IMG/VR virus record: IMGVR_UViG_3300045806_000119
Coordinates: 6,864 to 70,863 of that record
Reading direction: 5' to 3' (one strand)
Source of the DNA: a virus
Length of the DNA stretch: 64,000 nucleotides
Positions 1-9,322 of this stretch are shown one piece after another; within the stretch, counting starts at the first letter, position 1; every line of letters begins with the position of its first letter. The notes below the pieces were generated by a model. That model was not told where the DNA came from. It saw only the letters and a program-made list of their open reading frames with translations, and ran no database searches. Made by a program: the position numbers and the translations under genes.

Positions 1-2708
1 ATCATCTGCTTCGCGTCTTCGTGGGAGATACGCAGCTGGTCACCAAGCTTCTTGTGGCCGACCCCATAGATGATCTCGAAGTTGAGCGTGTTGTGGGTGA
101 CTAACCCGTTAGCGCAATAGACATGACCCTTGACGTTCAGATCGACACACGGAGCCTTCCCGTACGGAATGAGCGCAGTAACCTCATTAGCCTCTGGCTG
201 GTAGCTGCGCGAACCTGGAAGCAGGCGATCCCGTTTATGGGGAAGACGGAGGAGCCTTTTCATGAACCTGTGCCCATCTGCCTTAGACAAGAACACCCTG
301 TAATAGTGACGTTCATACGTCTTGTTGAGCGTGGCCTCCACGCTGCACGACACCCCACACGCCCTGAGCAGCGTGGCAAGTTGCCCAGCGTAGGTGGGCC
401 ACTTCGTTGTAATCGAAAGCCGCCCATCCTTGCCCACGGTGCCGTCGGTATCTGCCAACCCAGCGAAGTAGTGTGGGAACAGCTCCAATGACATTGCCCA
501 GGTAGGAACCGACATCTTCTTCCGCTTGCCGCCGGGCTGCGCTAGCCCGAGGCTCTCAAGCCATCTGAGCACGACACGGCTGCCAAAGTACGTGAAAGTT
601 CGCTTCGCCTCGGGGGCGAGCCCGAGTCCACGGCACAGAGACACCAGCTCCTGCTGCCAAGCACGGTAAATCGGGCGGTCCACTGGCCCATGCGTGATCG
701 ACGCAGAAGACTCGTTGTTAGTGCCGGCTCCGTGAAACACACCCGCGAAGTAGGCCAGGTCCGGCGTGCAGTACTGCATGGTCTCGGGGACATCCTCCCA
801 CAGCTTCACGGGCAGCCAAGGGTTTTCCTCTAACCGAAGCGGCTCAACGGTGGCCTCCTCAAGCTCCCAACCAAGGTGCAGATGGTCCGCCCTAACCATC
901 GTCCCGGATGTGGTCTGAAACAGATGCTCCGGTCGGCAAACAATCGCGTTATGCCGAGTTACGACCACAAGCTGGTCAACCTCCTGCCCTACGTACCCGG
1001 CGTTGATGCGCAATGGGCCGCTAGGGGTCTGGACCTGGCGTGCATCAGGACGGGTGAACGAATCCGCGGAGCCAGCGCCAACCACATCCCCAACGGTGCG
1101 GTAGCCTGTCTCGGTGTGAATGAGCGTGTCCGGGTGAACGCACTTCCCCTTCTTCCGCTCGTTCGGGTACGTCTCGGCCACCCACTTGAGAGCCTCGGCC
1201 GTGATGCCTCCGAAGCGCGTTTCCACCTCCCGCTTGATGTGCGGAAAGATGTTAGCGGTCGTGAGCGAGTGCATGTCCCACCCCTCCACGAACATCTTCA
1301 GGAGCGTCGGGTCTTGACTGTAGTGCGCGAGCAGCCGGTATTCGAGCTGCGCCCAGTCGGCCACGATGAGCAAGAACCCCGGCGGTGCCGTGAAGCAGTC
1401 GCGCAGGTGGTAGACGTCCTTTTCACCCGTCGTGATGTTCTGCAGGTTGGGATCTGAGGCGGAAAAGCGACTAGATGTTGTTCCGATCTGGTTGATGCGC
1501 CCGTGAATGCGCCCGTTCCTCTGCTTCGTCACCATCCCATCGAGGAAGGTGCTCTTCTGCGTAGAGAACTTCGAGTAATTGAGAATCCAGTCGAAGCCTT
1601 CGAGGTCCCCCTTCGGCACCCTCACGAGCCTCGTCCGGTTAGTTCCCGCCTCGGGCACCTTGATGCCCTTCTCTAGCTCTCGCCGAAGCTCTACGAGCGC
1701 CTCCGCCGACGTCGATGGAGCGCCACCAGGCGTTCGCTTCAGGACAGGCCAGCCCTTGCCAGGGATAGAGAACAGCGTTCGCTTACCCTTCATGATGGGC
1801 AGCGTGCCGTGGCCGTAGAGCAGGTGACCCAGCTGCTTGTCGCTCCCAACGTTGAACGGAGCCCCCGCCCACTCACACGCCTTCGCGAGCATCTGCTCAA
1901 GGTCCTCCCCGCACACCTCCGACATCTCACGCAGGAAGGGGACATCCAGCGTCATACCCTTTCGCTCCATCTTGCAGATGATGCGCGTGATCGGCGAGTC
2001 AACCGCCATGTAGTAGTCCCACATGGTCTTCTCGCCGAACCACGGCGTAGCCTCCAGCGTAGCGCGGTGCCGCTTGTAAAGCATTAGAGCATCCCACACG
2101 TCGTCGCAGGAGTATTCCAGGTGCTTCTGCCAGGTAACCGGATCGCTCATGTCAACCTCATCGAGAGGCGGAACAATGAGCTGCCCCGAGGCGTACGGCA
2201 GCCCGTCCTTAGTCAGCTTCGGAGCACCATACGTCTCGTTGAAGCTCTTGCGGTGGACGCCGAAGTAGTCCCGCACACACTCCTTCAAGCCATGCTCGTT
2301 CTCGCGGTTCTCGTCGACAAGGTGGTCGAGCACCATCGTGTCAACGGTGACCCCCTCCATCACGATTCCCTCGTTCGCAATGACGTGCCAGTCCACCGGC
2401 GCGTTGTGAGCAAGCTTCGGGTGAGCCGCGCTTCGCAACCACGGCGCCAACGCGTGGATGTTGCCGGCGCTCTCGCCGTGGTTGTGAACGTACGCTAACT
2501 GAATTTCTGAGTCGCTGTCCCGCTCCCACCCAAGCTGGATGCAGAAAGCCGACGCGTTGAACGCCGGGCCTCGCTTGCGGTCGTAGTTGTACCACTCCGT
2601 ATCAATGCTGTTGATGCCGCTCTCCGCGAGCAGCTCCTCGCAGAGAGACTCGACCGAGCTGCGGTCGAGGAAGACACGTATCTCAGGTCGGTCGAGTCTC
2701 TTCGTCAT
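1..2708 (-). CDS. polA: Family A DNA polymerase (3'-5' exonuclease + polymerase, no 5'-3' exonuclease domain), intein-containing, truncated at window edge
   Basis: Translated by hand; absent from the ORF track because it has no stop in the window. ATG at 2708 after GAGAGG. Exo I IDTEW, Exo II AHNAPVD, GTTSSRFSASDPNLQNI, motif A VADWAQLEYRLLAHYS, DMHS, motif B RKKGK/TLNFEIIYG. Confidence 0.95.
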   Translation of the reverse strand, partial: MTKRLDRPEIRVFLDRSSVESLCEELLAESGINSIDTEWYNYDRKRGPAFNASAFCIQLGWERDSDSEIQLAYVHNHGESAGNIHALAPWLRSAAHPKLAHNAPVDWHVIANEGIVMEGVTVDTMVLDHLVDENRENEHGLKECVRDYFGVHRKSFNETYGAPKLTKDGLPYASGQLIVPPLDEVDMSDPVTWQKHLEYSCDDVWDALMLYKRHRATLEATPWFGEKTMWDYYMAVDSPITRIICKMERKGMTLDVPFLREMSEVCGEDLEQMLAKACEWAGAPFNVGSDKQLGHLLYGHGTLPIMKGKRTLFSIPGKGWPVLKRTPGGAPSTSAEALVELRRELEKGIKVPEAGTNRTRLVRVPKGDLEGFDWILNYSKFSTQKSTFLDGMVTKQRNGRIHGRINQIGTTSSRFSASDPNLQNITTGEKDVYHLRDCFTAPPGFLLIVADWAQLEYRLLAHYSQDPTLLKMFVEGWDMHSLTTANIFPHIKREVETRFGGITAEALKWVAETYPNERKKGKCVHPDTLIHTETGYRTVGDVVGAGSADSFTRPDARQVQTPSGPLRINAGYVGQEVDQLVVVTRHNAIVCRPEHLFQTTSGTMVRADHLHLGWELEEATVEPLRLEENPWLPVKLWEDVPETMQYCTPDLAYFAGVFHGAGTNNESSASITHGPVDRPIYRAWQQELVSLCRGLGLAPEAKRTFTYFGSRVVLRWLESLGLAQPGGKRKKMSVPTWAMSLELFPHYFAGLADTDGTVGKDGRLSITTKWPTYAGQLATLLRACGVSCSVEATLNKTYERHYYRVFLSKADGHRFMKRLLRLPHKRDRLLPGSRSYQPEANEVTALIPYGKAPCVDLNVKGHVYCANGLVTHNTLNFEIIYGVGHKKLGDQLRISHEDAKQM
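90..1142 (-). mobile_element. Intein (351 aa) with LAGLIDADG-type homing endonuclease domain in polymerase motif B
   Basis: In-frame insert that begins CVHPDT and ends YCANGLVTHN, with Thr at +1. Block B-like CRPEHLF. LAGLIDADG-like FAGVFHGAG and FAGLADTDG. Removing it restores K-T-L-N-F-x-x-x-Y-G. Confidence 0.95.
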
Positions 2709-2718
2709 GGTCTACCTC

Positions 2719-3894
2719 TCAGCGTCCGGGGAGACGGAAAGCGGGCCGAGCAGCGGGCGCCTTGGGGGCCGCGGTCCTCGGAGACGGCCTGGCAACCGGC
2801 TTCGCTGAAGGGCTCTCGTACGGGATGTCGTCGTCCGGGCCGGGGAGCGCCTCCGTGGCAACCTGCGCGTCGGGCTCATCCGGCGAAGAGTCATACTCCT
2901 GCGCGCCGTGCCCCTCCGAGCGGAAGTGCGGAGGTACCCCCAGCACGCTCGCCTGCATTTCAGGCGGGTCCGGCCTGCTGATGGACTCGAAGTCGGGGAC
3001 GTTCTCCGCCGCCTCCTTCAACTCCTCCTCGGTCGGCGACTTGCACGGGTGAATCGGCTCGAAGTTGTACGTAGGAGGGCCGTTACCCGCAGCGCCGATA
3101 CGAGTCACCTTGAAGTAGAAGTCCGTTAGTCCGCAGCGCTGCGCGTCCTGACCGCAGCTGGAGCAGCTGAAGTCCTCGACGGGCGGGAGCGTCTGCTGGC
3201 ATGAATGGCACTTCGCCACGGGCCTCCCGCTCTCAGGGAAGAATTCCACGGGCTCCGAGCAGTTGACGTTCCCGCAGAGGTACCTGTCGACAGAGATGGT
3301 GCCCTCGCCCTCCTCGCCGCGAGCGCCGCAGCGGCAGTAGTTTCGCACCTCCTGGCTCTGGCTGACGACCTGATCCGCGTACATCGCCGCGAGCTTCCAG
3401 TAGCGATGGCCGACGACCTTCGCCTCGTTCTTCTGCGCGCAAAACTGACAACGCTTCGACGCTCCGACGCACGGCGGGTACTTGGTCTTGATGAAGTCAG
3501 AGTCGGGGTTCGTCTTGCCGGGAACGAAGACGGCGCCGGGCTTGAGCACGCGCACCTCGTTATCCAGCTTGTGCTGCTTGCGGCAGTCCTTCAGACGGAA
3601 GAGCGCCTTCTGACCCGTCTTGATGTCCTTGTCGCCGTTCTTCCTCATGTAGCAGAACTCGCACGGCTGCTCGGGCTCCGCGTTGCAGCCGCAATTCTGG
3701 TACTTCGCCGATCCCTGCAGGCGGTTGATGGTGTGCTCCGTCATGATGACGGGGTCCTGCTCACTCTCGAAGTCGCCGTAGAAGCGAACGATCGCCGACT
3801 CTCCATCCTTGATGATGAATTGCAAACCGCTGCGATCCCCGCCGCCGCTGGTCTTGATGTCTCGCACCGCTGCGAGTCCTCTTCGTAGTCCCAT
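2719..3894 (-). CDS. Putative single-stranded DNA-binding protein (gp32-like) with many Cys pairs
   Basis: Lies between primase and polymerase. IKDGESAIVRF N-terminus, FKVTRIG..TYNF C-terminal OB-like segment, acidic/Pro-rich tail, several CxxC motifs. Confidence 0.6.
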   Translation of the reverse strand: MGLRRGLAAVRDIKTSGGGDRSGLQFIIKDGESAIVRFYGDFESEQDPVIMTEHTINRLQGSAKYQNCGCNAEPEQPCEFCYMRKNGDKDIKTGQKALFRLKDCRKQHKLDNEVRVLKPGAVFVPGKTNPDSDFIKTKYPPCVGASKRCQFCAQKNEAKVVGHRYWKLAAMYADQVVSQSQEVRNYCRCGARGEEGEGTISVDRYLCGNVNCSEPVEFFPESGRPVAKCHSCQQTLPPVEDFSCSSCGQDAQRCGLTDFYFKVTRIGAAGNGPPTYNFEPIHPCKSPTEEELKEAAENVPDFESISRPDPPEMQASVLGVPPHFRSEGHGAQEYDSSPDEPDAQVATEALPGPDDDIPYESPSAKPVARPSPRTAAPKAPAARPAFRLPGR

Positions 3895-3903
3895 GAATTC
3901 CTC

Positions 3904-4905
3904 CTAGTGGTGAGGGTGAAACAGTCTAACAGAATTGCTCGCCGGTGTCATTAGCAGCTTTGTGGAGTGAATAGAAACGACCCTCGTCTTGCTCCTGTCC
4001 GTCAGCTCGCCGGGGTCCTTCGTGTCGTACTCCATGACAGCCAGCTTCGGTCCGAACCTCGTCTTGTGCAGCCTCCTGGCCGCGGACAGCGTCACCACCT
4101 GCCCCGCCTCATCGTTGTCGAACGCGAGCACGAGCCTGTTCACCTGCGCGTGCCTCACGAGCACATCCGTCTGCTCCGCGCTCAGGTTGTCTCCCATCAC
4201 GGCCACCGCGTGCTTGCCGAGCTGGTACATCCTCACAACGTCTAGCTGACCCTCTACGAGGTAGAGAGCGTCGATCTCTTTCCCCGCCCACTTCTGCATC
4301 CCGTACAGGTGGAGCGCCTTCTGGAATTCGCTGTGACGGTACTTCGACATCTGGAACTTGTCGTGGTCGAAGTCGAGACGCTCGGTGATCCCAACGAGCT
4401 TCCCGCGAACATCGCGAACCGGAATAATGATTTTGCAGTTCTGAAGGTCGTACCCGATCTCGTAGAACTTCAGCGACGCCTTGCTGAAGCCTCGGCCGAG
4501 CAGGTACTCCGCGCAGAATTTCCTGTACGGCCCAAGAACGGCCTCGCTCAGCGTCGGATACTGGTCCTTCCTCGCCCGGTTCTTCCAGTCGGGCAGCTGC
4601 GGGAGCGCCTCTATGTTGAGCAGCGGTACGGGCGCCGTACCGACGAAGTCGTGCGCCTGCTGGAGCGTCAGGTGCTTGATGACCATGACGAGCCGCGCCA
4701 TGTCTCCGCTCGCCTTGCAGCGGAAGCAGTGCCACCGGCCATTCGAGAAGACCGAAAAGCTAGTGGCATTGTCTCCTTTATGCACAGGACAGGCAGACCG
4801 CCAACGCCCATCGCCCGCTTTCCACGCAGAGTACGGGGCGAGGAGAGACTCGATGAGCGCTGTGTAGTCTGCCCTCTTCTCATCCTTGCCACCCGTACGG
4901 TTCAC
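3904..4905 (-). CDS. DNA primase (CHC2 zinc finger + TOPRIM)
   Basis: CPVH...WHCFRC zinc finger; LVEGQLD and AFDNDEAG TOPRIM motifs; KDPGE. Confidence 0.93.
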   Translation of the reverse strand: MNRTGGKDEKRADYTALIESLLAPYSAWKAGDGRWRSACPVHKGDNATSFSVFSNGRWHCFRCKASGDMARLVMVIKHLTLQQAHDFVGTAPVPLLNIEALPQLPDWKNRARKDQYPTLSEAVLGPYRKFCAEYLLGRGFSKASLKFYEIGYDLQNCKIIIPVRDVRGKLVGITERLDFDHDKFQMSKYRHSEFQKALHLYGMQKWAGKEIDALYLVEGQLDVVRMYQLGKHAVAVMGDNLSAEQTDVLVRHAQVNRLVLAFDNDEAGQVVTLSAARRLHKTRFGPKLAVMEYDTKDPGELTDRSKTRVVSIHSTKLLMTPASNSVRLFHPHH

Positions 4906-6218
4906 GGAGCGCCCCCGTCTTCGGGCAGCCGCTCATCAACCTCCGCGTCCATCGCGTCGATGGCTTCCTGCTCCTCGATGTCGTCCCCCTCTTCGACCAT
5001 GCTCTCGACGCTCTTCTGCGTCATGTCCTCGCACAGCCTCGCGTTCACCGTAAACAGCGTCTGCATGCCCTCACGAATAGCAGCCGTAAACAGCTTCACC
5101 TGCCTCTGTTTCCGGTCCTCGATGTCGACGGTGCAGCGTACGGCAACGTCGCACACCTGATAGAACGAGTCGCCGTACGCGAAGTCGTCAGCACCGTCCT
5201 GCGCCGAGGCGTCCTTCTTGTTCCGCGAGCGGTTCGCGTGAGTCGTCGCCACGATGGGCACCTTGCGCGACTTGCACGTCCGCTTCATCGCCCGAAGGAT
5301 GACCGCAAGCTCCTTCCAGTCAGCCGACAGGTAGTTGACGGAGTCGATGAGCACGACGTCCGGCTTGTACTCGTCGATCTGCGCCTGCAAGTCCGTGATG
5401 GACGCCTCACCTGCGCACAGCTGGCTCACGATGAGATCCTCGTGATGCGCCAGCGACTGCATCGTCTCGAAGAACGTGGCCTCCGCCTCCTCGCCCAGCA
5501 TGCCACGCGTAAACTGCGTGTAATTCACATTGGACGCGAGCGCGACGAAGCGGCGCTTGATCTCAAGGTCACTCAGCTCCTGCGACAGGAACAGGACGCG
5601 AAGGCCGTTAGAGTGAAGCAGCCGAGCGATCTCGACGAGCAGCCACGTTTTGAGGCACTTCGGGCGGCCGTAGAAGAACACCAGGTGCTCCCGCTGGATG
5701 CCTAGTGTGCTGACGTTGAGGGCCTCCCACGGGTACGGGTACCCCTTCAGCTTGGTGTCTCCGTCCCGCATCATGAGGTACTCGCTCTGCAGGTCGTCGA
5801 GCGAAGACTTGAGCGTGCTGCTCTCGTCCACGGTGTGCGCCTCGGCAAGAGTCACCACGGTCTTCTTCAGCTTCTCGAAGCCCGCCGTCGGATCGCCGGC
5901 CGTCAGCTCTCCGACCTCCTGGAGCACGCTCGCGATGTCCCCGTACAACTTCTGCTGCCGCAGCTTGTCGCAAAGGGAAATGAGGCTGTCCTCCGTCCGC
6001 ACCGGCTCGAACGCCTGGAACGAGTCCGCGAAGCTCTCCCAGCTCGGGACGTCGTTGTACTTCGGGTTGTTGTACCACTGCACGAGGAAGATGAACGCCG
6101 CCTTCGTCGTCGACTCGAAGAAGAACGTGTGATCAATCTTGTGCTTGAGCACGGTTTTCAGGTCCCGCTGGTCAATAATGGCGCTAATCAGCGCGCTCTC
6201 GAAAAGTTCCATCGCCAT
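4902..6218 (-). CDS. DnaB-like replicative helicase
   Basis: GYPYPWEALN, P-loop GRPKCLKT, FLSQEL, VLIDSVNYL, ATTHANR; 4-nt overlap with primase. Confidence 0.88.
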   Translation of the reverse strand: MAMELFESALISAIIDQRDLKTVLKHKIDHTFFFESTTKAAFIFLVQWYNNPKYNDVPSWESFADSFQAFEPVRTEDSLISLCDKLRQQKLYGDIASVLQEVGELTAGDPTAGFEKLKKTVVTLAEAHTVDESSTLKSSLDDLQSEYLMMRDGDTKLKGYPYPWEALNVSTLGIQREHLVFFYGRPKCLKTWLLVEIARLLHSNGLRVLFLSQELSDLEIKRRFVALASNVNYTQFTRGMLGEEAEATFFETMQSLAHHEDLIVSQLCAGEASITDLQAQIDEYKPDVVLIDSVNYLSADWKELAVILRAMKRTCKSRKVPIVATTHANRSRNKKDASAQDGADDFAYGDSFYQVCDVAVRCTVDIEDRKQRQVKLFTAAIREGMQTLFTVNARLCEDMTQKSVESMVEEGDDIEEQEAIDAMDAEVDERLPEDGGAP

Positions 6219-6248
6219 ACTCGCATCTCCGTTTGTGTACTAGTGAAG

Positions 6249-6292
6249 AAAAAAGCCCTAAGCCGCCCCCCCTCTCAGGGACAGCTTAGGGC
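6249..6292 (-). terminator. Rho-independent terminator after the DUF932 gene
   Basis: GCCCTAAGC...GCTTAGGGC stem followed by TTTTTT on the minus strand. Confidence 0.75.
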
Positions 6293-6310
6293 CTCGTGCA
6301 ACTGCTAGTC

Positions 6311-7465
6311 CTAGTTCTCGGGATTGACGATCTCCCCGTCAGTGTCGATCGTCTCGGGCACGTTCCGGCGGCTGCGCACCATAGCGCCGGCTCCGAAAAT
6401 GGCACGACCGATGGTCAGCTCCAACTTGACGCGGTCGTCGATGGGCAGGCTCTGCGCGGCCTCCGTGTACGCCTGCATCACGTCGAACCGGCTGTACTCC
6501 TCCTTCTTGTGGGTCCGGGCGATCTCAACGGCGCGCTCCTTGATGAAGTCGCTCACCTTCGTCTTCGCCCCGAGGAGCAGCAGCTCTCCCTCGAAGTCGC
6601 GCACGGGCTCGGTGTACTTGCGCTCCAGCAGCTCCTTCACGGCCGCCTCCTGCCTCACGGCAGAGAGCACGCCCTCTTGCAGCCGAGGCGTCACCTCGTG
6701 CGAGGCGAAGTTCCGGTGCCGGATCTTGAGCACCTCGCTGTCCCCAAACCCCATCATCCCGTTCTTGCAGACGAGGCGCCACACGAGCGCGTTCAGCACC
6801 AGGTCGCTGTAGCCGACCTCCGACGTGAAGCAGTGGTAGCCGATGCGGTGCGGGTCATCGATCCCGATGCCGTCGAAGTTGAACCCCGTCTGCCGGAGAA
6901 AGCGCAGATGGAACACCTGCTCCATGCTCCGCGGGTCGTGGGCGTTGGTCAGCTCCAGCTGAAAGCCACCGCCCGCCTCCTGATTCGCCCGCTGCACCGC
7001 GGTGAGCAGGTGGCGGTTGTCGAACGGGGTGAAGAGCCCCGGCAGGACGGCGCGGATCACGCCGCTCACCCCCTCGACGGTGTCCGTGTTGCGGAAGCGC
7101 ACCAACTGCTCCTTGTTCCCGCGCTCCGCGAGCCGCAGGTCGATCTGCGCCTTCATGCCACCCGGTCCTCCCACGGGGCAGCTCTCCAGGTACTTCGTCG
7201 GGATCTTGAGCATCCCGGAAAACTGATCAAACGAGTACGGCGTGAAGCTGTATTCCTTCGTCCCCTCAGCAGTGGGGATGGCGAGCGTTTTGCGGTTAGT
7301 GAATTCGAGCTTGCTGGCCTCGACCAGCTTCTCAGACTTGTTCTTGTCGTCGGCGTTCACGAACGCCCAGATCCCCTTCAAGTCAGACCCTGCCAGGTTG
7401 GGACTGGCAGCCAGCATGGCCCCGCCACGGGGCATCACTCTCGTCGGCAATCGAAAAGCAGTCAT
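6311..7465 (-). CDS. DUF932/DUF945-like phage protein
   Basis: Signature WRLVCKNGM followed by KIRH; FTPFDN motif. Confidence 0.7.
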   Translation of the reverse strand: MTAFRLPTRVMPRGGAMLAASPNLAGSDLKGIWAFVNADDKNKSEKLVEASKLEFTNRKTLAIPTAEGTKEYSFTPYSFDQFSGMLKIPTKYLESCPVGGPGGMKAQIDLRLAERGNKEQLVRFRNTDTVEGVSGVIRAVLPGLFTPFDNRHLLTAVQRANQEAGGGFQLELTNAHDPRSMEQVFHLRFLRQTGFNFDGIGIDDPHRIGYHCFTSEVGYSDLVLNALVWRLVCKNGMMGFGDSEVLKIRHRNFASHEVTPRLQEGVLSAVRQEAAVKELLERKYTEPVRDFEGELLLLGAKTKVSDFIKERAVEIARTHKKEEYSRFDVMQAYTEAAQSLPIDDRVKLELTIGRAIFGAGAMVRSRRNVPETIDTDGEIVNPEN

Positions 7466-7507
7466 TTGTCGGATTCCTTTTGTGCTGCGTTTGCAGCGGA
7501 AAACAGC

Positions 7508-7536
7508 ATAGTACAGCGTAGATTCCGTTTTGTCAC
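7508..7536 (-). promoter_or_regulatory. Sigma70-like promoter upstream of the DUF932/replication genes
   Basis: GTGACA-17 bp-TACTAT on the minus strand, about 40 bp before the start codon. Confidence 0.55.
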
Positions 7537-7559
7537 GTCACGAAACGCTTGTTTTTCAG

Positions 7560-7895
7560 TCTTTTCTCACTCTCTCCCTTACCTCCCAGGCAAGGCTCGG
7601 AGGGGCCGAGGTAAACCGATTAGCAGGCGGCCGAAGGCCGAGCCCGAAGGGCGTCCTGCTAACTCGGTTTGCCGAGTGCTCCCGGAGAGCCGCAGCCGGT
7701 TTACCGTTTATTGAAATTATTACTCTCACGCGTACGCACGTACGTACACGCCAGCGCGATCCCGCTCGTAAGAATAAAAGCATCTTAGCCTTATCAAAAT
7801 CATCTAATAAGATACTCTTACGCGCGCGCGAGGACTCCGCACCACGTCGCCCCCCGCTGCCCCGAAAACGGGAGGCGAATTCGATTAGCGCTATC
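7560..7895. other. AT-rich non-coding region, candidate replication origin
   Basis: Longest intergenic stretch seen in the window, locally AT-rich, with CGTACG and CGCGCG runs, directly upstream of the replication genes. Confidence 0.35.
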
Positions 7896-7899
7896 TCGT

Positions 7900-8334
7900 C
7901 TAACGCCTTTTAGGGTCGTAGAAGTGCGCGTTCACCTCTTCGGCCATCGCCTGAATCTGCTCATCAATAATCTCGTCAATGAGCACGTACGCCGCTGCGA
8001 ATCCAACCGGCGTTGGCGCACAAGGCATGCAGGCGATGACGCCGATGTGCGCGCTCTTGTACGACCGCTCGGGTCCCGGGATGGTCAGCTCGAACACCTT
8101 CCCCGCCCAGCCTGCCCCCTCTCCGGGGAGGCTGCCCTCGACGACCTTTTCGTGTGCCACGGTCTTGCTCCTGTCTCGCTCGTGCTGGGTGACGGTGGCG
8201 TGCGCCCGCAGTTGGCCAGAACCGGCCCTAGAAGGCGCCGACGTCATCGCGGACAGGGTAGCGGGGCTCTCTCCCCCCTTCGGCGCGTTTACGGGCATCC
8301 TGAGCGGACGCGGCGGAAGACGGAGCACAGTCAC
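7900..8334 (-). CDS. Hypothetical protein
   Basis: Part of a tightly coupled minus-strand ORF series. Confidence 0.6.
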   Translation of the reverse strand: MTVLRLPPRPLRMPVNAPKGGESPATLSAMTSAPSRAGSGQLRAHATVTQHERDRSKTVAHEKVVEGSLPGEGAGWAGKVFELTIPGPERSYKSAHIGVIACMPCAPTPVGFAAAYVLIDEIIDEQIQAMAEEVNAHFYDPKRR

Positions 8335-8546
8335 GGTCGCCTCCGAGGACCAGGCACGGTAGGCCCGGCGAGGGTGCGCGCGTAGTCGAGCGCGGCACCC
8401 ATGAGCGTCTTCGTGTCCATGAACGTGAGAGACTGGTTCTCCAACGCGATCTTGTACGCGACGGCCGCCTGCGCGAGGAGTTCCAGCTTTGCTTTCACCG
8501 CGCGCTTCTTGTCGTCAGAGCCGGTTGATCGTCCCGCGCTAGGCAT
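8331..8546 (-). CDS. Hypothetical protein
   Basis: Overlap-coupled with its neighbours; GAGGTGG RBS. Confidence 0.55.
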   Translation of the reverse strand: MPSAGRSTGSDDKKRAVKAKLELLAQAAVAYKIALENQSLTFMDTKTLMGAALDYARTLAGPTVPGPRRRP

Positions 8547-9033
8547 CTTCCACCTCTGTGTCCCCTTCCGTGTTCTCTTCCGCGAGCCTGGGCAGGACGA
8601 CGACGGGCTTCATCCACGCGCCTTTACTCCTCGCCGCCGCGATCTTCTCCCCGATCACCCCGCTACTCTTGGCCGCTACGAGGAGGTCGAGCATCTCCGT
8701 GCTAACCGCCATCACGACGCCTGGAATAGTGAGAATGTCATTCGGCAGCTTCGTCGGGTCGTAGAAGTCTGCCTTTTTCTTGTACTGCACCTGAAGCATG
8801 TGCTCCGCGCCCTTCGCCCAGACGAAGCTCTTCTTCCCCTCGGGCACCTCCTTCGGGGGTCCGCTCTTCGTGTAGAAGAGGCGAGACAGCTCGTCCTTCA
8901 CCTTGGCCATGCCGGCTTCGATCTGTTCGAGCCGGGAGAAAACCGGCTCGTGCCTCCTGATGTAGGAGCGCCTCTCCGTCTCCAGAGCTTCGTACTCAGC
9001 GAGCTTCGCCTTCGCATCTTCACGCAGTCCCAT
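8539..9033 (-). CDS. Hypothetical protein with coiled-coil N-terminus
   Basis: Likely start MGLREDA after GGAGG RBS. Confidence 0.6.
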   Translation of the reverse strand: MGLREDAKAKLAEYEALETERRSYIRRHEPVFSRLEQIEAGMAKVKDELSRLFYTKSGPPKEVPEGKKSFVWAKGAEHMLQVQYKKKADFYDPTKLPNDILTIPGVVMAVSTEMLDLLVAAKSSGVIGEKIAAARSKGAWMKPVVVLPRLAEENTEGDTEVEDA

Positions 9034-9322
9034 TGTCAGCCTCCGATCCCGGCTTGCACGACTCGCATTCGACGCGCGCAAACGTGGGAAGTCCATTACA
9101 CAGATTTTTCAGCTTTTGCAGCTCGGCGTGCGTGTCTGGAGTCACGCTCGATCCGCCGATCCAAACCACCGACTGCTTCCGCCCGAAGCGCGAGCGGCAG
9201 CCCGAACACACGACGGGGTACTGGTCGTGTTCGATGCGCAGGCTACAGGCCGCGCAGACAGCCCTTCCGTGAATCGGGGATGACTCGCAGAAAGAGCATT
9301 GCACTTCGGGGTCAATCGTCAC
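9020..9322 (-). CDS. Small Cys-rich zinc-finger protein
   Basis: CSFC, CAAC, CSGC, CESC; GTG start at 9322 inferred. Confidence 0.55.
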   Translation of the reverse strand: MTIDPEVQCSFCESSPIHGRAVCAACSLRIEHDQYPVVCSGCRSRFGRKQSVVWIGGSSVTPDTHAELQKLKNLCNGLPTFARVECESCKPGSEADNGTA

